Source: Mycobacterium tuberculosis H37Rv (GTDB lineage Bacteria > Actinomycetota > Actinomycetes > Mycobacteriales > Mycobacteriaceae). Taken from it: DNA of 32,000 nt. Positions 12,582 to 26,051 of this stretch are shown here, one piece after another. The stretch spans positions 1,650,001-1,682,000 of the forward strand of contig NC_000962.3 in NCBI RefSeq assembly GCF_000195955.2, read 5' to 3'. The first letter of the stretch is position 1, and each line of letters opens with the position of its first letter. A program made the translations under genes and the position numbers. The notes under the pieces are model-generated. The model saw only the letters and a program-made list of their open reading frames with translations. It ran no database searches and was not told where the DNA came from.

Positions 12582-12629
12582 TGTGAATCTGACGACGCGA
12601 CAGCGGCGTGTCGCGTCGTCAGATTCACA
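12582..12629. terminator. Perfect 21-bp hairpin between convergent genes (candidate bidirectional terminator)
   Basis: tgtgaatctgacgacgcgaca (12582-12602), 6-nt loop gcggcg, tgtcgcgtcgtcagattcaca (12609-12629), exact reverse complements. Confidence 0.75.
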
Positions 12630-12640
12630 GTCAGCGCATG

Positions 12641-13204
12641 TCAAGACCGACGCACCGAGTTCTCCACCAGGTCGAGGACGGCGGCTAGCCGCTGCGGGTC
12701 TTCGCCGGAGGCCAGCCGGGCCAGCAATCCGTCGAGCACCAGGTCCAGGTAGCACCGCAAAACGTCGCTAGGCACATCGTCACGCACTCGGTTAGCCTGC
12801 TTTTGCCGGCGCAGCCGATCGGTGGTCGCCGCCGCCAATTCCGCGGAGCGCTCCGCCCAGCCGCGGCTGAAGTCAGGGTCGTTGCGCAGCTTGCGTGCGA
12901 TCTCCAACCTGGTGGCCAGCCAGTCGAACTGGTCGGGCGCGGCAAGCATGTCGCGCATCACACCGATGAGGCCTTCGCGGGATGCTACAGCCGCCATTCG
13001 CTCGGTATCCTCGCGCGCCAGCGCGAAAAACAGCGCGTCCTTGTCGCGGAAGTGGTGAAAGATCGCACCGCGCGACATCCCGATTGCCTGTTCCAGGCGC
13101 CGGACCGTGGCCTTGTCATAGCCGTATTCGGCAAAGCAACGGCGCGCACCGTCGAGGATCTGACGGCGGCGAGCCGCCAGATGGTCCTCGCTGACCTTGG
13201 GCAC
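12641..13204 (-). CDS. TetR-family regulator, probable AcnR-type repressor of acn
   Basis: 187 aa; N-terminal TetR HTH (RRRQILDGARRCFAEYGYDKATVRRLEQAIGMSRGAIFHHFRDKDALF); directly downstream of acn on the same strand. Confidence 0.9.
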   Translation of the reverse strand: MPKVSEDHLAARRRQILDGARRCFAEYGYDKATVRRLEQAIGMSRGAIFHHFRDKDALFFALAREDTERMAAVASREGLIGVMRDMLAAPDQFDWLATRLEIARKLRNDPDFSRGWAERSAELAAATTDRLRRQKQANRVRDDVPSDVLRCYLDLVLDGLLARLASGEDPQRLAAVLDLVENSVRRS

Positions 13205-13214
13205 GGGCGCTCGG

Positions 13215-16106
<2,892 letters not shown>

Positions 16107-16203
16107 CTAGCAGTACGCTTGTCCTGCTTTGTTGCCGTGTGGGTGCGCGCCGAAGTGCGAGCAGCGCGTAACGTGCCAGTAGCACGTCGGCAGGAAGGAT
16201 GCG

Positions 16204-16764
16204 ATGACCGGGCCATATTTTCCTCAGACGATCCCGTTCCTGCCCAGCTACATTCCGCAAGACGTCGACATGACCGCGGTCAAAGCGGAGGTCGCCGCAC
16301 TCGGTGTCAGCGCTCCACCGGCGGCCACGCCGGGCCTGCTCGAGGTGGTCCAGCACGCTCGCGACGAGGGCATCGATCTCAAGATCGTGCTGCTCGACCA
16401 CAACCCGCCCAATGACACACCGCTGCGTGACATCGCGACCGTTGTCGGGGCCGACTACTCGGATGCCACCGTCTTGGTGCTCAGCCCGAACTATGTCGGC
16501 AGTTACAGCACGCAATACCCCCGGGTCACGCTCGAGGCCGGGGAAGACCATTCCAAGACCGGCAATCCGGTGCAGTCCGCGCAGAACTTTGTCCATGAGC
16601 TGAGCACACCCGAGTTTCCCTGGAGCGCGCTGACCATTGTTTTGCTGATCGGTGTGCTGGCAGCGGCTGTGGGTGCTCGGTTGATGCAACTGCGCGGGAG
16701 GAGGTCAGCAACGTCGACTGACGCCGCCCCAGGGGCGGGGGACGATCTCAATCAAGGCGTCTAG
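16204..16764 (+). CDS. Membrane protein with single C-terminal TM segment (Rv1476-like)
   Basis: 186 aa; hydrophobic LTIVLLIGVLAAAVGARLMQL near the C-terminus; immediately upstream of ripA. Confidence 0.85.
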   Translation: MTGPYFPQTIPFLPSYIPQDVDMTAVKAEVAALGVSAPPAATPGLLEVVQHARDEGIDLKIVLLDHNPPNDTPLRDIATVVGADYSDATVLVLSPNYVGSYSTQYPRVTLEAGEDHSKTGNPVQSAQNFVHELSTPEFPWSALTIVLLIGVLAAAVGARLMQLRGRRSATSTDAAPGAGDDLNQGV

Positions 16765-16831
16765 CCAGCCACATCTATCTCTTCTCGTGTTGCCGCGCTA
16801 ACCGGGCGGTTGTTTGCGGCAAACGCGCGAG

Positions 16832-16847
16832 GTCACCGTTGGGTCAC
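16832..16847 (+). promoter_or_regulatory. Candidate MtrA-type direct repeat upstream of ripA
   Basis: GTCAC at 16832-16836 and 16843-16847, starts 11 bp apart, in the 225-bp gap before ripA. ripA is a reported MtrA target; this exact site is inferred. Confidence 0.45.
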
Positions 16848-16989
16848 ATTAGTCGCACGTACCGGGGGCAGTTTGTGACTTACGTTTCCATAGCGTCAGA
16901 TGTGACGTACGGTGCAAATGATGCTTGTGGTGTCGTTGGCGTTGACCTGCGCTGTCCCTCCGAGTTGAGCCCTAGGAGATCTGAGTCGA

Positions 16990-18408
16990 ATGAGACGGAA
17001 TCGCCGTGGCTCGCCAGCGCGACCGGCCGCACGGTTTGTCCGTCCGGCAATTCCGTCGGCTTTGAGTGTGGCCCTGCTGGTATGCACACCGGGGCTGGCT
17101 ACCGCCGATCCACAGACGGACACCATCGCCGCGCTGATTGCCGACGTCGCCAAGGCCAACCAGCGCCTGCAAGACCTGAGCGACGAGGTTCAGGCCGAAC
17201 AGGAAAGCGTTAACAAGGCGATGGTCGACGTGGAAACCGCTCGGGACAACGCTGCCGCGGCCGAAGACGACCTGGAGGTCAGCCAGCGCGCGGTTAAGGA
17301 CGCCAACGCGGCGATCGCCGCGGCTCAGCACCGGTTCGACACCTTCGCGGCGGCCACCTACATGAACGGTCCCTCGGTCAGCTACCTCAGCGCGAGCAGC
17401 CCCGACGAGATCATTGCCACTGTGACCGCCGCCAAGACCCTTAGCGCCAGTTCCCAAGCGGTGATGGCCAACCTGCAGCGGGCCCGGACCGAGCGGGTGA
17501 ACACGGAGTCGGCGGCGCGGCTAGCCAAGCAGAAGGCTGATAAGGCCGCCGCCGACGCAAAGGCCAGCCAGGATGCCGCGGTGGCGGCGCTCACCGAGAC
17601 CCGGCGGAAGTTCGATGAACAGCGCGAGGAGGTCCAACGCCTGGCCGCCGAGCGCGATGCGGCTCAAGCCCGACTGCAGGCGGCCAGGTTGGTTGCCTGG
17701 TCCTCGGAGGGTGGTCAGGGTGCGCCGCCGTTCCGGATGTGGGATCCCGGATCGGGCCCTGCCGGTGGGCGTGCATGGGATGGCTTGTGGGACCCCACGC
17801 TGCCCATGATCCCCAGCGCCAACATCCCCGGCGACCCGATCGCGGTAGTGAACCAGGTGTTGGGGATCTCGGCAACGTCAGCGCAGGTCACCGCCAATAT
17901 GGGGCGCAAGTTCCTGGAGCAGCTGGGCATCTTGCAGCCCACCGATACCGGCATCACCAACGCTCCGGCGGGCTCGGCCCAGGGCCGGATTCCGCGAGTT
18001 TATGGGCGCCAGGCTTCTGAATACGTGATCCGCCGCGGCATGTCACAGATCGGGGTGCCCTATTCCTGGGGCGGCGGCAATGCCGCGGGCCCGAGCAAGG
18101 GCATCGACTCCGGGGCCGGCACCGTCGGCTTCGACTGCTCAGGCCTGGTGTTGTACTCGTTTGCTGGGGTGGGCATCAAGCTGCCGCACTACTCGGGTTC
18201 GCAGTACAACCTGGGCCGCAAGATCCCGTCCTCGCAGATGCGCCGCGGCGACGTCATCTTCTACGGCCCGAACGGTAGCCAGCACGTGACGATCTACCTC
18301 GGCAACGGCCAGATGCTCGAGGCGCCCGACGTCGGTTTGAAGGTGCGGGTTGCGCCCGTGCGCACGGCTGGCATGACCCCGTATGTGGTCCGATACATCG
18401 AGTACTAG
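16990..18408 (+). CDS. ripA: Peptidoglycan endopeptidase RipA (NlpC/P60)
   Basis: 472 aa; signal peptide, coiled-coil N-terminus, NlpC/P60 core YSWGGGN...GFDCSGLVLYSFAG...HVTIYLGNGQMLEAP. Confidence 0.97.
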   Translation: MRRNRRGSPARPAARFVRPAIPSALSVALLVCTPGLATADPQTDTIAALIADVAKANQRLQDLSDEVQAEQESVNKAMVDVETARDNAAAAEDDLEVSQRAVKDANAAIAAAQHRFDTFAAATYMNGPSVSYLSASSPDEIIATVTAAKTLSASSQAVMANLQRARTERVNTESAARLAKQKADKAAADAKASQDAAVAALTETRRKFDEQREEVQRLAAERDAAQARLQAARLVAWSSEGGQGAPPFRMWDPGSGPAGGRAWDGLWDPTLPMIPSANIPGDPIAVVNQVLGISATSAQVTANMGRKFLEQLGILQPTDTGITNAPAGSAQGRIPRVYGRQASEYVIRRGMSQIGVPYSWGGGNAAGPSKGIDSGAGTVGFDCSGLVLYSFAGVGIKLPHYSGSQYNLGRKIPSSQMRRGDVIFYGPNGSQHVTIYLGNGQMLEAPDVGLKVRVAPVRTAGMTPYVVRYIEY

Positions 18409-18418
18409 ACGAGGATTC

Positions 18419-19144
18419 ATGCGCCACACGCGTTTTCACCCGATCAAACTGGCCTGGATCACCGCGGTGGTTGCCGGCCTGATGGTCGGTGTGGCAACGC
18501 CCGCCGATGCCGAACCCGGACAATGGGATCCCACGCTGCCGGCATTGGTCAGTGCGGGGGCGCCCGGAGATCCGCTGGCGGTAGCCAACGCGTCGTTGCA
18601 GGCCACCGCCCAGGCCACCCAGACCACGCTGGATTTGGGCAGGCAGTTCCTCGGTGGGTTGGGAATCAACCTCGGCGGCCCTGCTGCCAGCGCTCCCAGC
18701 GCCGCCACAACCGGCGCGAGCCGGATTCCGCGGGCCAACGCCCGTCAGGCCGTCGAATATGTGATTCGCCGGGCCGGGTCGCAGATGGGGGTGCCCTATT
18801 CGTGGGGTGGTGGCTCGCTTCAGGGCCCCAGCAAGGGCGTGGACTCGGGGGCCAACACTGTCGGCTTCGACTGCTCAGGTCTGGTGCGGTATGCCTTCGC
18901 CGGGGTCGGCGTGCTGATCCCGCGGTTCTCCGGTGATCAGTACAACGCCGGTCGCCACGTTCCGCCCGCTGAGGCCAAGCGCGGCGACCTGATCTTTTAC
19001 GGCCCAGGCGGCGGCCAGCACGTCACCCTGTATCTGGGCAACGGCCAAATGCTGGAGGCATCCGGAAGCGCCGGCAAAGTCACGGTGAGCCCGGTGCGAA
19101 AGGCCGGAATGACGCCGTTCGTGACTAGGATCATCGAATACTGA
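18419..19144 (+). CDS. ripB: Peptidoglycan endopeptidase RipB (NlpC/P60)
   Basis: 241 aa from ATG 18419; signal peptide; NlpC/P60 core GFDCSGLVRYAFAG...HVTLYLGNGQMLEAS; lacks RipA's coiled coil. Confidence 0.96.
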   Translation: MRHTRFHPIKLAWITAVVAGLMVGVATPADAEPGQWDPTLPALVSAGAPGDPLAVANASLQATAQATQTTLDLGRQFLGGLGINLGGPAASAPSAATTGASRIPRANARQAVEYVIRRAGSQMGVPYSWGGGSLQGPSKGVDSGANTVGFDCSGLVRYAFAGVGVLIPRFSGDQYNAGRHVPPAEAKRGDLIFYGPGGGQHVTLYLGNGQMLEASGSAGKVTVSPVRKAGMTPFVTRIIEY

Positions 19145-19282
19145 GCCAGGTGTGATTTGCCGGGCACCACCGCGGCGTCGACGGAATCCAGGAGGCCTGG
19201 AATAGTTGAACGCGGGCGCGTCGCTGCCCCGCGACGTTGGTCATGTCGGCAGTCGTGTCCGATTGAGCTGTGGAGGATTTTG

Positions 19283-20416
19283 ATGACATCAGCAGGTGGG
19301 TTCCCCGCGGGCGCCGGCGGTTACCAGACCCCGGGTGGGCATTCAGCTTCGCCAGCCCACGAGGCGCCCCCCGGTGGTGCCGAGGGGCTGGCCGCCGAGG
19401 TGCACACGCTGGAGCGGGCCATCTTCGAGGTCAAGCGGATTATCGTCGGCCAGGACCAGCTGGTGGAGCGGATGCTCGTCGGCCTGCTGTCCAAGGGGCA
19501 TGTGCTGCTTGAGGGCGTTCCCGGCGTGGCCAAGACGTTGGCGGTGGAGACCTTCGCTCGGGTGGTCGGCGGGACATTTTCGCGCATCCAGTTCACCCCG
19601 GATCTGGTGCCCACCGACATCATCGGGACGCGCATCTACCGGCAAGGCAGGGAGGAATTCGACACCGAACTCGGACCGGTGGTGGCCAACTTCCTGCTCG
19701 CCGACGAGATCAACCGGGCTCCGGCGAAGGTGCAGTCGGCGTTGCTGGAAGTCATGCAGGAGCGCCATGTGTCCATCGGCGGTAGGACCTTCCCGATGCC
19801 CAGCCCGTTCCTGGTGATGGCGACGCAGAACCCGATCGAGCACGAGGGCGTCTACCCGCTACCGGAGGCGCAACGGGACCGCTTCCTGTTCAAGATCAAC
19901 GTGGGCTACCCGTCGCCCGAAGAAGAGCGCGAAATCATCTACCGTATGGGTGTTACCCCGCCGCAGGCCAAGCAGATCCTGAGCACGGGCGACCTGCTGC
20001 GGCTGCAGGAGATAGCGGCCAACAACTTCGTCCACCACGCGCTGGTCGACTATGTCGTTCGAGTCGTCTTCGCCACCCGCAAACCCGAGCAGTTGGGGAT
20101 GAACGACGTGAAGAGCTGGGTCGCGTTCGGCGCATCCCCGCGTGCTTCGCTGGGCATCATCGCCGCCGCACGGTCCCTGGCGCTGGTCCGGGGCCGTGAC
20201 TATGTCATCCCGCAAGACGTCATCGAGGTCATTCCTGATGTGCTGCGACACCGGCTCGTGCTCACCTATGACGCGCTCGCCGACGAAATCTCACCGGAGA
20301 TCGTCATCAACCGTGTGCTGCAGACTGTGGCGCTGCCACAGGTGAATGCCGTTCCACAGCAAGGCCATTCGGTGCCGCCGGTGATGCAGGCCGCGGCCGC
20401 GGCGAGCGGCCGGTGA
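19283..20416 (+). CDS. moxR1: MoxR-family AAA+ ATPase MoxR1
   Basis: 377 aa from ATG 19283; LLEGVPGVAKT Walker A, LLADEINRAPAKVQSALLEVMQE Walker B, ATQNPIEHEG. Confidence 0.95.
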   Translation: MTSAGGFPAGAGGYQTPGGHSASPAHEAPPGGAEGLAAEVHTLERAIFEVKRIIVGQDQLVERMLVGLLSKGHVLLEGVPGVAKTLAVETFARVVGGTFSRIQFTPDLVPTDIIGTRIYRQGREEFDTELGPVVANFLLADEINRAPAKVQSALLEVMQERHVSIGGRTFPMPSPFLVMATQNPIEHEGVYPLPEAQRDRFLFKINVGYPSPEEEREIIYRMGVTPPQAKQILSTGDLLRLQEIAANNFVHHALVDYVVRVVFATRKPEQLGMNDVKSWVAFGASPRASLGIIAAARSLALVRGRDYVIPQDVIEVIPDVLRHRLVLTYDALADEISPEIVINRVLQTVALPQVNAVPQQGHSVPPVMQAAAAASGR

Positions 20417-21366
20417 CCGAATCCAAAGCGCCGGCGGTGGTGCATCCGCCGTCGATGCTGCGCGGGGACATCGACGACCCGAAGCTGGCGGCGGCGCTGC
20501 GCACCCTCGAGTTGACCGTCAAGCAGAAGCTCGACGGTGTCTTGCACGGCGATCACCTCGGCCTGATACCTGGGCCGGGTTCGGAGCCAGGGGAGTCGCG
20601 CCTCTACCAGCCCGGTGACGATGTCCGCCGGATGGACTGGGCGGTCACCGCTCGCACCACTCACCCGCATGTCCGGCAGATGATCGCCGACCGGGAACTG
20701 GAAACCTGGCTGGTGGTCGACATGTCGGCCAGCCTGGATTTTGGCACCGCCTGCTGCGAGAAACGTGACCTCGCGGTGGCGGCGGCGGCTGCCATCACCT
20801 TCCTCAACAGCGGCGGCGGCAACCGGCTCGGTGCGCTGATCGCCAACGGCGCCGCGATGACTCGGGTGCCGGCTCGCACCGGGCGCCAACATCAGCACAC
20901 GATGTTGCGCACCATTGCGACCATGCCGCAGGCCCCTGCGGGGGTCCGCGGCGACCTGGCGGTTGCCATCGATGCGCTGCGCCGGCCCGAACGTCGTCGC
21001 GGGATGGCGGTGATCATCAGCGATTTTCTGGGCCCGATCAACTGGATGCGTCCGCTGCGGGCGATCGCAGCCCGCCATGAGGTGCTGGCCATCGAAGTGC
21101 TCGATCCGCGCGATGTCGAATTGCCGGACGTGGGTGATGTGGTGCTGCAGGACGCCGAATCCGGGGTTGTGCGCGAGTTCAGCATCGACCCTGCGCTGCG
21201 CGACGACTTCGCTAGGGCAGCTGCGGCGCACCGGGCCGACGTGGCGCGCACCATCCGCGGTTGCGGGGCACCCTTGCTATCGCTTCGCACCGACCGCGAC
21301 TGGCTTGCCGATATCGTACGATTCGTCGCCTCTCGCCGGCGTGGGGCATTGGCGGGACACCAGTGA
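20413..21366 (+). CDS. DUF58 domain protein
   Basis: 317 aa, GTGA overlap with moxR1; [21 protein letters not shown] and [17 protein letters not shown]. Confidence 0.92.
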   Translation: MTESKAPAVVHPPSMLRGDIDDPKLAAALRTLELTVKQKLDGVLHGDHLGLIPGPGSEPGESRLYQPGDDVRRMDWAVTARTTHPHVRQMIADRELETWLVVDMSASLDFGTACCEKRDLAVAAAAAITFLNSGGGNRLGALIANGAAMTRVPARTGRQHQHTMLRTIATMPQAPAGVRGDLAVAIDALRRPERRRGMAVIISDFLGPINWMRPLRAIAARHEVLAIEVLDPRDVELPDVGDVVLQDAESGVVREFSIDPALRDDFARAAAAHRADVARTIRGCGAPLLSLRTDRDWLADIVRFVASRRRGALAGHQ

Positions 21367-21376
21367 TGGGTCAGTT

Positions 21377-22384
21377 ATGACATTGCCGTTGCTGGGGCCG
21401 ATGACGCTATCCGGCTTCGCGCATTCATGGTTCTTCCTATTCCTGTTTGTCGTGGCCGGACTGGTCGCGCTGTACATCCTGATGCAGCTGGCGCGCCAGC
21501 GGCGAATGCTGCGGTTCGCCAACATGGAGTTGCTGGAGAGCGTCGCACCCAAGCGGCCATCCCGCTGGCGGCATGTCCCGGCGATCCTGCTGGTGTTATC
21601 GCTGCTGCTGTTCACCATCGCGATGGCCGGTCCGACGCATGACGTCCGGATTCCCCGCAACCGCGCGGTGGTGATGTTGGTGATCGACGTGTCGCAGTCG
21701 ATGCGCGCCACCGACGTCGAGCCCAGCCGGATGGTGGCCGCGCAGGAGGCTGCCAAGCAGTTCGCCGACGAGTTGACCCCGGGCATCAATCTGGGATTGA
21801 TTGCCTACGCGGGCACGGCGACGGTCCTGGTGTCGCCGACGACCAACCGGGAGGCGACCAAGAATGCGCTGGACAAGTTACAGTTCGCCGACCGTACCGC
21901 CACCGGGGAGGCGATCTTCACCGCGCTGCAGGCCATCGCCACGGTTGGCGCGGTGATCGGTGGCGGCGACACGCCGCCGCCGGCGCGCATCGTGCTGTTC
22001 TCCGACGGCAAGGAGACGATGCCGACCAACCCGGACAACCCCAAGGGCGCCTACACCGCCGCCCGCACCGCCAAGGACCAGGGCGTGCCGATTTCGACGA
22101 TCTCGTTCGGCACCCCATACGGCTTCGTCGAGATCAACGACCAGCGCCAACCGGTGCCCGTCGACGACGAAACGATGAAGAAGGTCGCCCAGCTCTCCGG
22201 TGGAAATTCCTACAATGCGGCGACTTTGGCCGAGCTGAGGGCCGTTTACTCGTCGCTGCAGCAGCAGATCGGCTACGAGACCATCAAGGGTGACGCCAGC
22301 GTCGGCTGGTTGCGGTTGGGTGCGCTGGCGCTGGCGTTGGCGGCGCTAGCGGCGCTGCTCATCAACCGGCGGTTGCCGACTTAG
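21377..22384 (+). CDS. Membrane-anchored VWA-domain protein (BatA/Rv1481-like)
   Basis: 335 aa from ATG 21377; TM segments flank a VWA domain with MIDAS-like DVSQS. Confidence 0.92.
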   Translation: MTLPLLGPMTLSGFAHSWFFLFLFVVAGLVALYILMQLARQRRMLRFANMELLESVAPKRPSRWRHVPAILLVLSLLLFTIAMAGPTHDVRIPRNRAVVMLVIDVSQSMRATDVEPSRMVAAQEAAKQFADELTPGINLGLIAYAGTATVLVSPTTNREATKNALDKLQFADRTATGEAIFTALQAIATVGAVIGGGDTPPPARIVLFSDGKETMPTNPDNPKGAYTAARTAKDQGVPISTISFGTPYGFVEINDQRQPVPVDDETMKKVAQLSGGNSYNAATLAELRAVYSSLQQQIGYETIKGDASVGWLRLGALALALAALAALLINRRLPT

Positions 22385-22409
22385 CTTCTCCCGCGGCCCC
22401 GGCAGCCCG

Positions 22410-22465
22410 CGAGCGTAACCTGGCTGCGATTTCCGGCGCGGATTTTCGCAGTGCGGTTACGCTCG
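22410..22465. repeat. Palindromic repeat copy A (56 bp), overlapping the 3' end of Rv1482c
   Basis: Arms cgagcgtaacc (22410-22420) and ggttacgctcg (22455-22465); matches copy B in inverted orientation at 50/56 positions ungapped (counted by eye). Confidence 0.85.
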
Positions 22466-23299
22466 GAAAGCGCGGGCCTCGCCCACGCGGCGGATGATGT
22501 CAGCGGGGTGGTCCTCGGCGACGACCCGGACCACGATCCACCCGTAGCGGTGCTGGACTTTCTCGTGCCGGAGGATGTCTTTCCGGTAGTGGTAGCGACT
22601 GGTCAGATGGTGGTCGCCGTCATACTCGGCCGCGACCTTGATGTCTTGCCAGCCCATATCCAAATGGGCTTCCGCCCAGCCCCATTCGTTGCGCACCGCG
22701 ATCTGCGTCTGGGGGCGCGGAAAGCCGGCGCGGATCAACAACAAGCGCAGCCAGGTTTCCTTGGGGGACTGGGCACCGCCGTCGACGAGGTCCAGAGCGG
22801 CTCTTGCGGCCTTCATGCCACGGCGGCCCCGATAGCGCTCGATCAGCGGCTCGACGTCGGCCACCTTCAAATCGGTGGCCTGTATCAGGGCGTCGACGGC
22901 CGCGACGGCGGGGTCCAATGGAAATCGACTGGTCAGGTCGAGCGCCGTTCGCTCCGGTGTGGTCACGCGCATGCCCTCGATGACGCAGATCTCGTCGGGC
23001 TCGATGCGCTCTTCCCAGACTTGCAGCCCCGGGGCACGGCGGCGGTTGGTGTCGATGATCGCGGCGGGAAGATCCGCGTCGATCCACTTGGCGCCATGGA
23101 AGGCAGAAGCCGAGTAGCCGGCCAGCACGCCGCGGCGGCGCGAGCGCAGCCACAGCGCTTTTGCACGCAATTGCGCGGTCAGTTCCACACCCTGCGGCAC
23201 GTACACGTCTTTATGTAGCGCGACATACCTGCTGCGCAATTCGTAGGGCGTCAATACACCCGCAGCCAGGGCCTCGCTGCCCAGAAAGGGATCCGTCAT
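22457..23299 (-). CDS. Conserved hypothetical, AbiEi-like N-terminus with DUF559/Vsr-like PD-(D/E)XK nuclease-fold C-terminus (Rv1482c)
   Basis: 280 aa from the internal ATG at 23299 (MTDPFLGSEALAAGVLTPYELRSRYVALHKDVYVP...). C-terminal ...AEAHLDMGWQDIKVAAEYDGDHHLTSRYHYRKDILRHEKVQHRYGWIVVRVV. The longer 339-aa model (start 23476) would overlap fabG1 and its promoter. Confidence 0.8.
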   Translation of the reverse strand: MTDPFLGSEALAAGVLTPYELRSRYVALHKDVYVPQGVELTAQLRAKALWLRSRRRGVLAGYSASAFHGAKWIDADLPAAIIDTNRRRAPGLQVWEERIEPDEICVIEGMRVTTPERTALDLTSRFPLDPAVAAVDALIQATDLKVADVEPLIERYRGRRGMKAARAALDLVDGGAQSPKETWLRLLLIRAGFPRPQTQIAVRNEWGWAEAHLDMGWQDIKVAAEYDGDHHLTSRYHYRKDILRHEKVQHRYGWIVVRVVAEDHPADIIRRVGEARAFRA

Positions 23300-23332
23300 G
23301 GTCGAAGTGTGCTGAGTCACACCGACAAACGT

Positions 23333-23392
23333 CACGAGCGTAACCCCAGTGCGAAAGTTCCCGCCGGAAATCGCAGCCACGTTACGCTCGTG
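23333..23392. repeat. Palindromic repeat copy B, between Rv1482c and fabG1
   Basis: Perfect 12-bp terminal inverted arms cacgagcgtaac (23333-23344) and gttacgctcgtg (23381-23392); homologous to copy A. Confidence 0.85.
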
Positions 23393-23399
23393 GACATAC

Positions 23400-23428
23400 C
23401 GATTTCGGCCCGGCCGCGGCGAGACGAT
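23400..23428 (+). promoter_or_regulatory. fabG1(mabA)-inhA promoter region
   Basis: Candidate -10 GACGAT at 23423-23428 with upstream -35-like cgattt about 17 bp away; contains the -17, -16 and -15 positions known for isoniazid/ethionamide resistance mutations. Confidence 0.65.
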
Positions 23429-23430
23429 AG

Positions 23431-25011
<1,581 letters not shown>

Positions 25012-25016
25012 AACGC

Positions 25017-26051
25017 ATGCAATTTGATGCCGTCCTGCTGCTGTCGTTCGGCGGACCGGAAGGGCCCGAGCAGGTGCGGCCGTTCCTGGAGAACGTTACC
25101 CGGGGCCGCGGTGTGCCTGCCGAACGGTTGGACGCGGTGGCCGAGCACTACCTGCATTTCGGTGGGGTATCACCGATCAATGGCATTAATCGCACACTGA
25201 TCGCGGAGCTGGAGGCGCAGCAAGAACTGCCGGTGTACTTCGGTAACCGCAACTGGGAGCCGTATGTAGAAGATGCCGTTACGGCCATGCGCGACAACGG
25301 TGTCCGGCGTGCAGCGGTCTTTGCGACATCTGCGTGGAGCGGTTACTCGAGCTGCACACAGTACGTGGAGGACATCGCGCGGGCCCGCCGCGCGGCCGGG
25401 CGCGACGCGCCTGAACTGGTAAAACTGCGGCCCTACTTCGACCATCCGCTGTTCGTCGAGATGTTCGCCGACGCCATCACCGCGGCCGCCGCAACCGTGC
25501 GCGGTGATGCCCGGCTGGTGTTCACCGCGCATTCGATCCCGACGGCCGCCGACCGCCGCTGTGGCCCCAACCTCTACAGCCGCCAAGTCGCCTACGCCAC
25601 AAGGCTGGTCGCGGCCGCTGCCGGATACTGCGACTTTGACCTGGCCTGGCAGTCGAGATCGGGCCCGCCGCAGGTGCCCTGGCTGGAGCCAGACGTTACC
25701 GACCAGCTCACCGGTCTGGCTGGGGCCGGCATCAACGCGGTGATCGTGTGTCCCATTGGATTCGTCGCCGACCATATCGAGGTGGTGTGGGATCTCGACC
25801 ACGAGTTGCGATTACAAGCCGAGGCAGCGGGCATCGCGTACGCCCGGGCCAGCACCCCCAATGCCGACCCGCGGTTCGCTCGACTAGCCAGAGGTTTGAT
25901 CGACGAACTCCGTTACGGCCGTATACCTGCGCGGGTGAGTGGCCCCGATCCGGTGCCGGGCTGTCTGTCCAGCATCAACGGCCAGCCATGCCGTCCGCCG
26001 CACTGCGTGGCTAGCGTCAGTCCGGCCAGGCCGAGTGCAGGATCGCCGTGA
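25017..26051 (+). CDS. hemH: Ferrochelatase (coproporphyrin/protoporphyrin)
   Basis: 344 aa; [23 protein letters not shown]..., [25 protein letters not shown]. Confidence 0.96.
   Translation: MQFDAVLLLSFGGPEGPEQVRPFLENVTRGRGVPAERLDAVAEHYLHFGGVSPINGINRTLIAELEAQQELPVYFGNRNWEPYVEDAVTAMRDNGVRRAAVFATSAWSGYSSCTQYVEDIARARRAAGRDAPELVKLRPYFDHPLFVEMFADAITAAAATVRGDARLVFTAHSIPTAADRRCGPNLYSRQVAYATRLVAAAAGYCDFDLAWQSRSGPPQVPWLEPDVTDQLTGLAGAGINAVIVCPIGFVADHIEVVWDLDHELRLQAEAAGIAYARASTPNADPRFARLARGLIDELRYGRIPARVSGPDPVPGCLSSINGQPCRPPHCVASVSPARPSAGSP

Noticed and set aside
12355-12771. 138-aa plus-strand ORF overlapping Rv1473A and the 12582 hairpin
   Set aside because: It reads through the hairpin and into the antisense of the TetR gene; composition is non-protein-like.
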